This document shows, piece by piece, positions 19,117-29,700 of a DNA stretch of 64,000 bases. This stretch comes from a virus. The first letter of the stretch is position 1. Every line of letters begins with the position of its first letter. The notes below the pieces were generated by a model. That model did no database searches and was not told where the DNA came from. It saw nothing but the letters and a program-made list of their open reading frames with translations. The translations under genes and the position numbers were made by a program. The stretch lies in IMG/VR virus record IMGVR_UViG_3300005095_000179, positions 13,138 through 77,137 of that record; one strand, written 5' to 3'.

Positions 19117-19599
19117 TTAGAATGCAATTACATATTCAAAAATTTCTCTTGTAGCTGAGTTTCTGAATACTACTGGTTGGTTCTCCATAAGGATTAATTT
19201 CCCTATATCATCAATGTCAGACGGTTGTAAGTAATCTTCACTTTCAGAACCAGCAACAGGAACAGTATTAGTGAAAATTCCTAGTTGATAGATACTATCT
19301 GAAGAGTTGTGAGTCTGTTCAAATACGAACTTAAGGTAAATGAACTTTGTTTCTGAAGAAGAAATAGCCCACTTAACTCCGTCAATTTCTATAACTCCAC
19401 TATCGTCTGGTAAGACATATTCCTTCACTTGAGGTTTAATTCTCCCGACTTCAGCGATTAATTCTGTGGAATTCAAATCTTCTGGTGGAGGATTATCTGA
19501 CCACCCATCACCTGAAGGAAGTGTCCCCCAAGCTAATCTAAAATCTTCGTCGAACATTTCGACAGCAAGTTTTTTGTGACCGCTTTCAACTAATATCAT
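19117..19599 (-). CDS. baseplate/tail-collar-associated protein
   Basis: LAWG...ELIAEVGR...IYQLGIF pattern; lies between wedge and DUF4815-like genes. Confidence 0.6.
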   Translation of the reverse strand: MILVESGHKKLAVEMFDEDFRLAWGTLPSGDGWSDNPPPEDLNSTELIAEVGRIKPQVKEYVLPDDSGVIEIDGVKWAISSSETKFIYLKFVFEQTHNSSDSIYQLGIFTNTVPVAGSESEDYLQPSDIDDIGKLILMENQPVVFRNSATREIFEYVIAF

Positions 19600-19626
19600 A
19601 CTTTATCTCCTATTTTATATTGTAAT

Positions 19627-19633
19627 TATTTAA
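19627..19633 (-). promoter_or_regulatory. late promoter TTAAATA
   Basis: Upstream of the 19599 start. Confidence 0.65.
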
Positions 19634-19660
19634 CCTAACGAACAGTTATTGAACTGAAGA

Positions 19661-21292
19661 CTAACTCTCTTCAGAAGTTTTCTTTTCATATACAGTCTTA
19701 TACACTTCTTCGTCTAGTTCTAGAGTACCAGATGATGTGTATTCGTCCCAAGCCACTGCTTCAGAACTTGTGATGTGTTCAAACACTTTATTGTCTAATG
19801 TTGTCAATTTATAAATATCAACTCCTTCACTCCAATCTAAGTCACCCCAGATATTTACATTACTTTCATAATGATTAGAAGTATCTTCTCTTGTGTATTT
19901 AGATTGCACTACTTTATACACGTCATTATCAAATTCTAATGTCTTAGATAAGATGAATGGATCTCCCCACATATTGATAACTTTCTTGTTATTTGTGAAC
20001 ACGAATGCGGTTTCATCATAATCTCTGGTTATCTTACTTTTTACTAAAGGCTTATAGAAAGAACGCAAAGTCAAAGGCTCAAAGCCAGTGATGAAATTAC
20101 TGTCAGTGTAGTACTGAGTTCTATCACATCCTGGTTTCATGTAAGTCCAATCTTCTGGATCACCTTCCCAACCAATCCATCTATCCCAAGTATCACCACT
20201 GTCCCAATAAAGTGGTTCTCTTTCTTTATCTAAATGGACTCTAACTAAGTTAGTGATATTAATATCACCCCACTCAAAATGGTCTTCCCAAGTCATTCCT
20301 GAGTCCCACTTTCCAGTACCAAACATAGTAGAAGGTAATAATTGGACAAACTTCCCTTTATGGACTGAGTACTTAGTGTTGAATATCTTATTCTCTCTCA
20401 GGTCATCAAGAATCAAATCTGAAGAAAGTTTCTTAATAACGAAATACTCAACCATTTGTTTGTGAATTCTAGTATATAGTCTCCAGATATCCTTCAATGG
20501 TTCGAAACCGTCCTTTATCAGCGTACTATTATATCTCTGGAAACAAATATGGACTCCCTCGAACTTTAGAGCAGTAATATCTGAAAGGTAGTCTGTATCT
20601 AAATAACTATGTGAAAGTATAAATCTATTAGGACAATTTGAGTCCTTGATACTGATAAGAATTGACTCAGCGTTTTTTAGCAACTTCGAACCAATGATTA
20701 GGAGTTTTGCTTTCTCCCACCCAGGAAATTCATCATATAAAAATTCATACGCATTAACAATATTATCGTTATGATACCAATCGATTATTTCAGCTTCACT
20801 TTCTAACTTCTCTAGAAGCTTTCTTTGGATTAGGTTAGTCCCAACATAAGGTTCTAAAGTCCACTGCCAATAATCAAACCCGTCTTCATTGAAGTCTTGT
20901 TTGTTCGCAGCACTCATCGATAACCAAATTTCTTTAGTGCTCAAAGGGTATTTTTGATAGAAATCATCACTATCGAACCCTGCCCCAGTAGTTTGTGTGT
21001 ACCAGTCGTACGGTGCTGCTTGAACCCAGTTAATTAATGAATACCAATTAAGAAGGGCTAATCCACCATCACCAGTCCTGAAGAACTCACTCGCTTCGTG
21101 GAGATACATCCTAATTTCAGCATCAGTCCACTTCGTTTCGTAGTGGCACATAAGTTCAGAAACCTTCTTATATAGAGGATTCTCTCTTAAGTGATTAGGG
21201 ATGTATCTACTGACACAGTTAAATTCCCTTGTATCTATAACTGTGTCATTCCCGTCATAAGGAGGATGGGGATTATTTGGTGTAAAGTTCAT
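19661..21292 (-). CDS. putative baseplate wedge protein (gp7/gpI-like position)
   Basis: Follows the gp6-like gene; contains Trp-Asp-rich repeats. Confidence 0.45.
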   Translation of the reverse strand: MNFTPNNPHPPYDGNDTVIDTREFNCVSRYIPNHLRENPLYKKVSELMCHYETKWTDAEIRMYLHEASEFFRTGDGGLALLNWYSLINWVQAAPYDWYTQTTGAGFDSDDFYQKYPLSTKEIWLSMSAANKQDFNEDGFDYWQWTLEPYVGTNLIQRKLLEKLESEAEIIDWYHNDNIVNAYEFLYDEFPGWEKAKLLIIGSKLLKNAESILISIKDSNCPNRFILSHSYLDTDYLSDITALKFEGVHICFQRYNSTLIKDGFEPLKDIWRLYTRIHKQMVEYFVIKKLSSDLILDDLRENKIFNTKYSVHKGKFVQLLPSTMFGTGKWDSGMTWEDHFEWGDINITNLVRVHLDKEREPLYWDSGDTWDRWIGWEGDPEDWTYMKPGCDRTQYYTDSNFITGFEPLTLRSFYKPLVKSKITRDYDETAFVFTNNKKVINMWGDPFILSKTLEFDNDVYKVVQSKYTREDTSNHYESNVNIWGDLDWSEGVDIYKLTTLDNKVFEHITSSEAVAWDEYTSSGTLELDEEVYKTVYEKKTSEES

Positions 21293-21302
21293 TCTTCCAT
21301 CC

Positions 21303-22655
21303 TTAGTTTGTTATAGCATAAGTTATACTCAATCTCTCAATACTTTGTAGAGGTTCTATATAAACTTTTTCATCAAGAGTTGGGTAGAATTTTCCTCCTG
21401 GTGCAAGGTTAGTCAATTCTACTGCTAGGTCAGCACAAGTCAACCAATACCCACTATATCTAATTCTATTAATCTTAGTCTTAGTGTATTCATCGATAAT
21501 AGCGTTTAATTCTTCAGGGGCATCAGTACCAATGTACTGCATACTAAACACAAGTCTAAGTCTATCATCGTGGAATGGGTCAAGATAGTCGATATTGATC
21601 AAAGTTGCATTTCCCCTCTTATTATCAACAAGTTCTCTGATTTGAGCTTTGACTGTATCAGTGATATAGTCTTCTTTAGGTAGTATAGTGATGTTCTCAG
21701 CAGGATACTCATCTTTCACAATGATATCCGCAATGTACTCACCAAACTCCCTCAGAATCCCGTTCTCGTAATCTTGAACTTGTACCCATCTTCCGTCTAC
21801 GGAATTTCTAATAGCTATTTTTCTGAGTATCTCTTTATCTAAATATTTCGTTGGTTTTCTTAGTATTCTTACATCAAGTACTTCAGCTGTAGAAGCAAAG
21901 TTACCTAATCTAAATCTTTCAATATAAAAGTTATCAAGCAAATCTGCTCCGAAAGAGATATATCTAAATTTTAGTTCATCATTACTGAATACTCTTTTAC
22001 CGATTATCCCATCTCCAAATATCAACCTAGAGAAATAATCATAAGTCAATCTAAGACAAGAGTTAGGAAGTTTATCATCATAAAGGTTAAGTTCTTCATC
22101 AATCAAAAGTATTTCGTCTCCATTAATGACAAGTTGTTGAAACTCTTCACTGAGATATTGGTGTGCTGCTTTAATATCTCTTTCTAAAAATTCTTCACCA
22201 CTTAAGATAGTTTCGTTGTACTCTTCCATCTTACCTATGGTACACTTAACCGTGTTAGTGTGACCAAATAGATACTCAGTTCTCTCTAATACGATAACAT
22301 CATAGTTTTTATAAGTTCCGATTATATCACCACGCTCATACCAACCACTATCAACGCTTTTAAAATCTACTTCTAAGATATAAGACTTTGCTGGTGGCCT
22401 ATACACACCTTTATTAATAGCTAATTCAGTCACTGAAGAATCTAATTTAGCATATTGTAAAGTAGACTCTCTTACTCTCATTAGATTATAGTGGTTTTTG
22501 ATAGCTTGAGAACCTGCTATTAACTCAATGATAGTTCTACCAGTTCCTCCCTCAAAGTAATCTTCCCAAGACTCTCCTTCAGGTAAAGACGAAACAGCTT
22601 CCTGTAACTCTTTAGCAATGGCAGATGGTGATAAAGCTCTTTTATCGAATTTCAT
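21303..22655 (-). CDS. gp6: baseplate wedge subunit (T4 gp6-like)
   Basis: WEDYFEGGTGRTIIELIA, ESTLQYAKLDSSV, LIFGDGIIGK and RWVQVQDYE motifs. Confidence 0.8.
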   Translation of the reverse strand: MKFDKRALSPSAIAKELQEAVSSLPEGESWEDYFEGGTGRTIIELIAGSQAIKNHYNLMRVRESTLQYAKLDSSVTELAINKGVYRPPAKSYILEVDFKSVDSGWYERGDIIGTYKNYDVIVLERTEYLFGHTNTVKCTIGKMEEYNETILSGEEFLERDIKAAHQYLSEEFQQLVINGDEILLIDEELNLYDDKLPNSCLRLTYDYFSRLIFGDGIIGKRVFSNDELKFRYISFGADLLDNFYIERFRLGNFASTAEVLDVRILRKPTKYLDKEILRKIAIRNSVDGRWVQVQDYENGILREFGEYIADIIVKDEYPAENITILPKEDYITDTVKAQIRELVDNKRGNATLINIDYLDPFHDDRLRLVFSMQYIGTDAPEELNAIIDEYTKTKINRIRYSGYWLTCADLAVELTNLAPGGKFYPTLDEKVYIEPLQSIERLSITYAITN

Positions 22656-23037
22656 AGAACATACCCTTTTGTTTTCTTCCTATTCTTGACTGATAAAGAT
22701 ATTTATCAGACACTTTTCCTTTTACTGAGAATGCTATTTCAGCTTCTATTTCGTGTGGAGATAACGACCTCACGAACGAGTGTAGGTCATCTATTTCTAT
22801 TCTTGGTTCGAATGTCTCTAAAGCTTCTCTTATTTCATCATATATAGCGAACTCAGTGACATCAGTCAACGGCTCAAATAGATATTGCTCTAAATTCACT
22901 CCGAATTCAGGTAAAAATATCCTTTCTCCCTTTTCTGTATTTAATATATTATGGATTGACTGATAAATGTCTTCTAAGTCATAAATCTTATCTTGCACCA
23001 ATGGGTCTTGGTGATTAACGTCGCTATAAAAGTTCAT
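22642..23037 (-). CDS. gp25: baseplate wedge / sheath initiator gp25-like
   Basis: SIHNILNTEKGERIFLPEFG...FEPRI. Confidence 0.92.
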   Translation of the reverse strand: MNFYSDVNHQDPLVQDKIYDLEDIYQSIHNILNTEKGERIFLPEFGVNLEQYLFEPLTDVTEFAIYDEIREALETFEPRIEIDDLHSFVRSLSPHEIEAEIAFSVKGKVSDKYLYQSRIGRKQKGMFYEIR

Positions 23038-23046
23038 CTGTTCTCC

Positions 23047-23349
23047 TTAATGTTTTCTGGAACAAGCTGTTGTTGCCCCACAAGAAAGTTTATTCCCTGC
23101 TCTTGCAACTCTTATCCCGTTAATATAACAATTAGTATTAGCACATCCTTGAACAAGAGATGGTGTGTCATCGCAATCACTAGGAGTGTGAGGGTGAGTC
23201 GTCCAAGGAGAACCTTTCTCAATTAATTTTATCCCATTCCACTTCACTAAGTCTTGTTTACCAAGAGCAACGCTCGGTGTACAGTGAATCCCAGAAGCAA
23301 CACTGACTGACCCTTGTAGCAAAATATTAATTCCGTTATGATAAACCAT
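23047..23349 (-). CDS. PAAR-like spike tip (gp5.4-like)
   Basis: H/C metal ligands, INGIRVARAGNKLSCG; follows the spike gene. Confidence 0.85.
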   Translation of the reverse strand: MVYHNGINILLQGSVSVASGIHCTPSVALGKQDLVKWNGIKLIEKGSPWTTHPHTPSDCDDTPSLVQGCANTNCYINGIRVARAGNKLSCGATTACSRKH

Positions 23350-23358
23350 AAGATCCCC

Positions 23359-24264
23359 TTATCCTAACATATCAATAGTAGGTGCTGACATCTGAATAGC
23401 CTTTGATGCGTGACAGAATACACATCCACCAGGAGCCATAATAGCAACACCTTTCTGACCAGTGATACTAACCTTTCCACTTGCACTGATATTAATATCT
23501 TGGGAAGAATTCATATTAATACTATTATTAGCAAATATGTTTATCTGACCTCCAGTTGAGGTGATACTAATCTCCCCATTAACAACCAAAGTATCTCTAT
23601 CACTAATTTCAACGGCTCTGTATGATTTTATTGATGTTGTATCAAAAGAATCTATTGTAGTAGTTCTATGTTGTTTATAATCATAATTAGCGTATTCATT
23701 GACAGTCTTTTTATAGTACCCGTCATATTGCCATTTTGCGTAACTATAAACGTGGGTGTCTAACCAATCCTTCACTTGAATAGTCGTGCTACCAGAAGCT
23801 TCTATTTTCATCTGAGTCTTACTCGTGTGCTTGAAGATAGCTTCTTTAATCTCCATATTAAGTCTATACCCAGAGCCAGTTCTATCTTCCATCCCCCAAG
23901 TATTAGGATAGTTCTCTCTTAACCAATCAAGTTTCTCGTGCTTAGTGGTCATCAAGTGATTAGTTACTTGCCATTGATATGGGTCATTGTCAATCATCTT
24001 CACTGACACTTTAGTACCGACCTCTGGGATAACCATATGAGAAGCTTCACCTCCAGTATTTCTTGGGGCGATAGGATACACCAATGGTAGTAAATCATCA
24101 GGGATATTTTCCTCATCGTCAGTGAAGTGAGGTATTCTTACCCTAATTCTCCCAAGTTGGTCTGGGTCACATTTCTTATCGTTTTGCACGACAGTAGCGG
24201 TGACTTCTTGGGACATATCTTGTAAAGTGTCATCAAATTCTCTTAAACCAAATCCACTAGCCAT
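23359..24264 (-). CDS. gp5: baseplate central spike (gp5/gpV-like, no lysozyme domain)
   Basis: DPDQLGRIRVRIP...IPEVGTKV OB-fold followed by beta-helix repeats. Confidence 0.85.
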   Translation of the reverse strand: MASGFGLREFDDTLQDMSQEVTATVVQNDKKCDPDQLGRIRVRIPHFTDDEENIPDDLLPLVYPIAPRNTGGEASHMVIPEVGTKVSVKMIDNDPYQWQVTNHLMTTKHEKLDWLRENYPNTWGMEDRTGSGYRLNMEIKEAIFKHTSKTQMKIEASGSTTIQVKDWLDTHVYSYAKWQYDGYYKKTVNEYANYDYKQHRTTTIDSFDTTSIKSYRAVEISDRDTLVVNGEISITSTGGQINIFANNSINMNSSQDINISASGKVSITGQKGVAIMAPGGCVFCHASKAIQMSAPTIDMLG

Positions 24265-24276
24265 TATAACCTCCGA

Positions 24277-25587
24277 TTATCCTAAAACATTACTAACAAC
24301 ATTACTTACTATACCACCGACTGCTTCACTGATTACTCCAGTCCAAAGGTTTCCTTGCATGTTATTCATTCCATCTCTGGAAATCACTATTTTAATTCCG
24401 GCTCTGTTCCCACCATAGAACCTAGAGATTTTAGTGATACAATATATCCCACTAATCTCTTCCATCTTTTTCTTCCCTAGCCTAAATGGTTGAAAATGTA
24501 TTAAGTCAAATAACCTATAATCTTGCCATTGATTCTCGATATAAATCTCTATCTCCAGAGAATTCATCATAGTTGCTCTTGGGACAGAAATCAACCTCGC
24601 CTTAGAATAATTATCATGGAAATTATCAGTGTCTATCAATTTCTGATACTCGTGTTTCACTGGTTGGTCTGTCATCATATTCAATGGACCACCGACTATC
24701 ATAGGAGTTAAAGGAGGAGTTTCAACCTTTTTAGCAGCACCGTCTTTCATACTATGGAGAGGGGTGACTTTCTTATGGGTAACCATGTTATTTATCAACC
24801 CAAAATCACTTAAGATTTTGATGTTGGGGTTGTAGTCAACAGTATTAAGACTTTTCTCTTCTACTCCCTTTTCTCTTATGAACCACTTTGGCATCCCACC
24901 GTCTTGGTCCATAATCATCTGAATATCAGTGATAGTGAACACTCCGTTCATTTCTATACCGTAAACAAGAGCATTATTGTCTGACATATAACTTCTCTTC
25001 CAAGTATCAAATATAAACTTAGAAGGAGAAGTATTAGGTCTTAACCAATTCATCTCATCTTGAGGTTCGGCACTTGTCCAGACGTCTACCTTGAAATACT
25101 TCTCAGCTACTTCTTTTATAACTGAGACAGAGTTCTTTTTCTTCCAAGCCTTTTGTTCATTATCCCTTAGGAACTCTGGACCATTCTTAATAAGTCCCAG
25201 AACTTCTACGACCATAAACTCTGAGTCAGTTATCCTATGAGTGAATTTCTGAACAACCATATCAGCAGATTTATAATCATTTCCCCTCACTGTGCCAGCA
25301 ACAAAGTTAGAGACATAAGACCTCCAAGACTTCCCAAACACAACTGAAACATCAGCTCCTTCGTTTATCCTGTTGATAACCGAGAAATCAGTAGTTTTAA
25401 ATGTCAGTGTGAATGCTGGGAGGTCTCCGCCTATTTTCTCTTCCATAACAAAGTTAGTAATCGCTCCAGCTTCCCCTAAGAAGTCACCTACACCTTCAAT
25501 TTGGAATGCGAAGAAAAACTGACCATCTACCCCAGCAATAGCAGCATTACCCATAAATGCATTGACTGTCAAACCTAATAAAGACAT
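24277..25587 (-). CDS. baseplate hub protein (gp27/gpD-like)
   Basis: Size, position directly upstream of the spike, ISGIYCITKI motif. Confidence 0.65.
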   Translation of the reverse strand: MSLLGLTVNAFMGNAAIAGVDGQFFFAFQIEGVGDFLGEAGAITNFVMEEKIGGDLPAFTLTFKTTDFSVINRINEGADVSVVFGKSWRSYVSNFVAGTVRGNDYKSADMVVQKFTHRITDSEFMVVEVLGLIKNGPEFLRDNEQKAWKKKNSVSVIKEVAEKYFKVDVWTSAEPQDEMNWLRPNTSPSKFIFDTWKRSYMSDNNALVYGIEMNGVFTITDIQMIMDQDGGMPKWFIREKGVEEKSLNTVDYNPNIKILSDFGLINNMVTHKKVTPLHSMKDGAAKKVETPPLTPMIVGGPLNMMTDQPVKHEYQKLIDTDNFHDNYSKARLISVPRATMMNSLEIEIYIENQWQDYRLFDLIHFQPFRLGKKKMEEISGIYCITKISRFYGGNRAGIKIVISRDGMNNMQGNLWTGVISEAVGGIVSNVVSNVLG

Positions 25588-25589
25588 TC

Positions 25590-25985
25590 TTAACTCCCAT
25601 TAAGAGAATTCAGGACTCTAATCTTTTCAATGTCTGCTTTATTCTGTCTCATCCTCATAGAATCTCTGAGAACTAAAATATCATCGATATTAGGGATTTT
25701 CAATACCTCATCACTATAAACATTCCAATCTATCTTTTCATTGTATTCCATCACTAACCACCAAAAATCAGTGTCCTTTAACATCTTATAAGCTATGTTG
25801 TCGAACCTATATTCGTGTTCGTGGACTTTCATTTCTCCTGCTTGCCCAACCTCATCATTAAGTTCTCTAAGAAAAACTGAACCGAGTACATCATAAGTAT
25901 CTTCATTCCACTCCATAAAATTCTGTTCTGGGAATGAATCAGTATTAGGACGAACACTTGCGTAATTATCTATAAAGAAATCCAT
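25590..25985 (-). CDS. baseplate wedge gp53-like (LysM-related)
   Basis: YRFDNIAYKMLKDTDFWWLVMEYN...LKIP. Confidence 0.8.
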   Translation of the reverse strand: MDFFIDNYASVRPNTDSFPEQNFMEWNEDTYDVLGSVFLRELNDEVGQAGEMKVHEHEYRFDNIAYKMLKDTDFWWLVMEYNEKIDWNVYSDEVLKIPNIDDILVLRDSMRMRQNKADIEKIRVLNSLNGS

Positions 25986-25994
25986 ACTATCCTC

Positions 25995-26654
25995 CTACAC
26001 CGCTTGGTCTTTAAACCAGCTCATCACTTTTTCAGCATCAAACTCTCTGTTAGGAGATAGTGTTATGCTAATCTTACACCATAGTGGTTGGTTAGTTCCT
26101 CTAACTCTAGTTTTAGAGTACTCTACAGAAGCAGTTGTCACAACAAACGCATTATATGCTTCGAACCAAGAACCTATTTTAAGAGATACACCATTCTTCT
26201 GAATACCCATGATATCAGTAGAGTATTCTCCTGGCGTAACCATTAGTGAACCACTTGGACCCCATTTTCCTGGTAAGACATAGTTCCAAATCTTCTTACC
26301 TTCTTTCATTACATTATCGCCTTCTTTATTCGCCATAATGATAACTTCAATCCCGACAGCTGCCAATGATGATGAAGCCCAAGTGACAACAGTATCTCTA
26401 AATGTCTTAAGAGTTTTTGCGCTTCCTATTGAAGACATCATAGGTTTCCCCATACTTGCGATAGAACCTCCTGTATCGCTCCCTAATAAACCAGGATCGT
26501 ATTGAGAAGAAGCTTGGAATGTGTGAGATGAGTCTATGAACCCAGATATAGGCTCAGTTATTGAAGCACGGCTATTGATGATAATTTTATTTTCAGGATT
26601 CTTAGTGAGTTCATTGTAGTAGAAATCTTCACTATCCTTGTATTCGTATGCCAC
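25995..26654 (-). CDS. putative baseplate tube-cap/initiator (gp48/gp54-like)
   Basis: Position after the tape measure; PLWCKISITL motif. Confidence 0.5.
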   Translation of the reverse strand: MAYEYKDSEDFYYNELTKNPENKIIINSRASITEPISGFIDSSHTFQASSQYDPGLLGSDTGGSIASMGKPMMSSIGSAKTLKTFRDTVVTWASSSLAAVGIEVIIMANKEGDNVMKEGKKIWNYVLPGKWGPSGSLMVTPGEYSTDIMGIQKNGVSLKIGSWFEAYNAFVVTTASVEYSKTRVRGTNQPLWCKISITLSPNREFDAEKVMSWFKDQAV

Positions 26655-26700
26655 AAACCTCTCCTTTTAATCTTTAAATTTTTAGAATTTGACTTTCTTA

Positions 26701-26707
26701 TATTTAA
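26701..26707 (-). promoter_or_regulatory. late promoter TTAAATA
   Basis: Upstream of the baseplate operon. Confidence 0.65.
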
Positions 26708-26736
26708 CTTTAGAGGTTTACTTAGAAGAAGCTTGG

Positions 26737-29700
26737 TTACTTAGAACCAAGCAGTCCTCTAAGGATATCAAGCGATGAGTCATCTACATCACTGATATAA
26801 GGAGTAACAGCAGGAGAATTATTACTAGACTCGAACGTCTGAGCTAATTGACCAAGTCCTTGACCAATCATACTAGGTGTGTTCATCATAGTTCTATTCA
26901 TCATTCCTTGTGCTCCACTCATCTGAGACATAATATTATTAAATGGAAGAGTTTCACCTAAAGCCCCTAAGCCTTGTTGAATACTAGAGTTCAATGCACC
27001 CACACCAGTATTTTTAATTATATCAGAACCAATTCCCATAGAACTAGCTCCTTTCCCAAAGATTCCCCTAGAGACGGAGCTAAGAACGCTTCCGATAGCT
27101 CCACCAACTCCAGTTGTCCCAAATACAGAATTCACTAAAGATGAAATTGGATTATTTCTCATAGAGACATTCCCTATCATACCAGAACCTTTCAGACCAG
27201 CTGGACTTCCAATCACAGGAGAACCATTAGGAGTAGTAGCATTTCCAGCTGTACTAAGGCTATTTTGCCCTGAACTAAATGAGTTCCCGTAAGAAGGACT
27301 TGGTGCGCTTGAACTTGCGTACTGAGAAGCAGGAGCTGACATCTGCTGAGCAATCTGAGACATAGCAGCATTCTGGTTGAGTGGTTGAGCTTGGTGTCCT
27401 TGAGCTAAAATCCTAAACATATAATTAGGTCTTCTTCTAGCGAAATAGTCTTGGGCATTAACCTCAACGACACCTTTACATCCTGGTTCATTTCCTGTCT
27501 TACACTTTGATCCACCGCTAGAGTGAATCATAGTAGTCGGGCTACTCATAATAGCAATATGCCCAACTCTTCTTCCGCTACTATGGCTTGCGAAGAAAAT
27601 GATATCTCCACCTTGTAGTTGATCAGTACTTGGTATTGGTTGAACAGTTCCTTGCTGAACACCATTCAATAACCAATCAAGTTGAGTTTCTGTACTACCA
27701 GGAAAGTCAGGAGCAATTCCAGTAGACCTAATAACCTTTTGTACAAACCCACTACAATCTAGGAACATGTCATTGTTCTTTCCACCCCATCTATAACCAA
27801 CTCTCCCCACCATAGCCCTAGCAGCATCAACTGCGTTATTTCCACTTGGTGCTGGTTGACCATAACCATTGGCACCACCGCCAGCCATAGCCGTAGGAGT
27901 TTTCATAGGAGTAGAAGCCGTTGAACTTGCCGTAGCAGCCAAAGAATAAGGATTTCCAGAACTTGCGGAAGTGTTTGTCACTCCTACTGGTCCAGTTGAG
28001 CTTACTGAACCTACTGAGCCAGTTGATCCCACTGATCCTACTGATGCACCATTCTTCTTTATAGACTGAGCTATTTTTGCTTCATTAATCTGTTGACTTG
28101 GAGAAACTTGTGTTCCGTCAGCTTTAATGAGTTGACCGACTTTAGCTCCCTCGTGATTCGCCATTGCTTTAACTACTGCCATCGCTTGTGCTTCAGACAT
28201 CTGTCCCATAATAGTACCAGCAGGAACACCAGAAGTCTTTACCACTTGAGCTATATACGCAGAAGTATTATTTTCACTAGGTGGAGCATACCTTTGAATT
28301 GCTTGAGCTAGTGTCAGGTTTTTATAATTCTTACCCTTTGTAAGCATGTGCATTTGAGCTTTGAACCCAGCTTCCATAGAAGGGAATATAGCAAATCTTC
28401 CGTCAGTACCTATCGCCCCAAGACCTTTAGTATAGTTATTATACTCTAGATTTCCTGGGTTATTATTTCTCCAGTTTCTTGTCCCACCAGTCTTCACGTC
28501 ACCATTAGGGTAATGAATTTCTCTTCCTAATTTACCCATTGTCATAGTAGCAACACCCTTTCCACCATTATGTGGAGGGAATGCTTTTACACTAACTCCC
28601 TTCGGACTACCGCCAGTATTCCCACCAGTCAATCCATTCCAAGCATTCTTAATGCTACCGATAGGATCTTTGAAGAAATTACCAACTGATGTTGCTGCTG
28701 AACTCAACATTCCACCAGCTTTCTCTTTTAGTTTTTCGAATAAAGATTTCTTCTCAGCTTCTTTCGCTTTCTCTTTTTGTTTCAGGTTAGCGATCTTATT
28801 TGCCTGAGTTTGTTTCTTAGCTCTCTCTAGACCCCTTTCAGCTTTCTCTTCAGCTTTCTCTACTCCTAAAGCTGAAGCAATCTGAGCTAATACTGAAAGT
28901 ACCTTTAATTGAGTTCTTTCCCTTGCAAGTGTATTAAAGTCTGTTGCCTTTACTTCATCACTCCCCTCTATGTGTAAGTAGTTCCCTTTCTCTAACGCAC
29001 CAGAGTTCTTAATAGGAAGTTTATCCAACCTTGCTTTAAATTGAGCTACTGTCTCAGACTTCTTAAACTTATAAGCACCTTGGTCATGAGAAGAAGTATC
29101 TCTCATCCAAGAAGGAATATTAGAAGCTCTTTCAGACCTCAGCACTTCTGGCTTAAGTTCTTTCACTTTCTCGTTTTTACCGTCAGAGAACCAATCAGTA
29201 ACATAAGAAAGCCCAGCGATTATTGGGAGTGCTTTACTTATTTTAGAGAGCACTGAACCAACTCCAGAAGTGGGTATCTTAGACACATCAGATTTCATTA
29301 CTGGTGCTCTTGAAGACATCTTTTGGTCTCTATTCATTAACCAACCATCTACTCCTAATGAAGCAACAGTTCCTAATCCAGGAATTGTAGAGAGTGCACC
29401 ACTAGCAAATTCACCGAGTGCACCACCAAAGTCTCCCTTGAATAACCTTGATGCTCCAGAAGCGATTCCAGTAACTAATCCTAATCCAGGAATTTTCTTC
29501 AAAGCACCTTTAGCGAACTTCCCAAGTCCACCAAAGAAACCTTTCCCCTTTCCTAGTATCTTACTGAAGAAACCTTTCTTAGAAGGTTTAGAAGTAGGAG
29601 CTTGTTTCGGACCAGACTTATCTATCATGTCTCCCATTAACACATCAGTGATATCTCCGCCAAACAAACCTCCAAGCATCGCACCAGAAGTTAATTTCCC

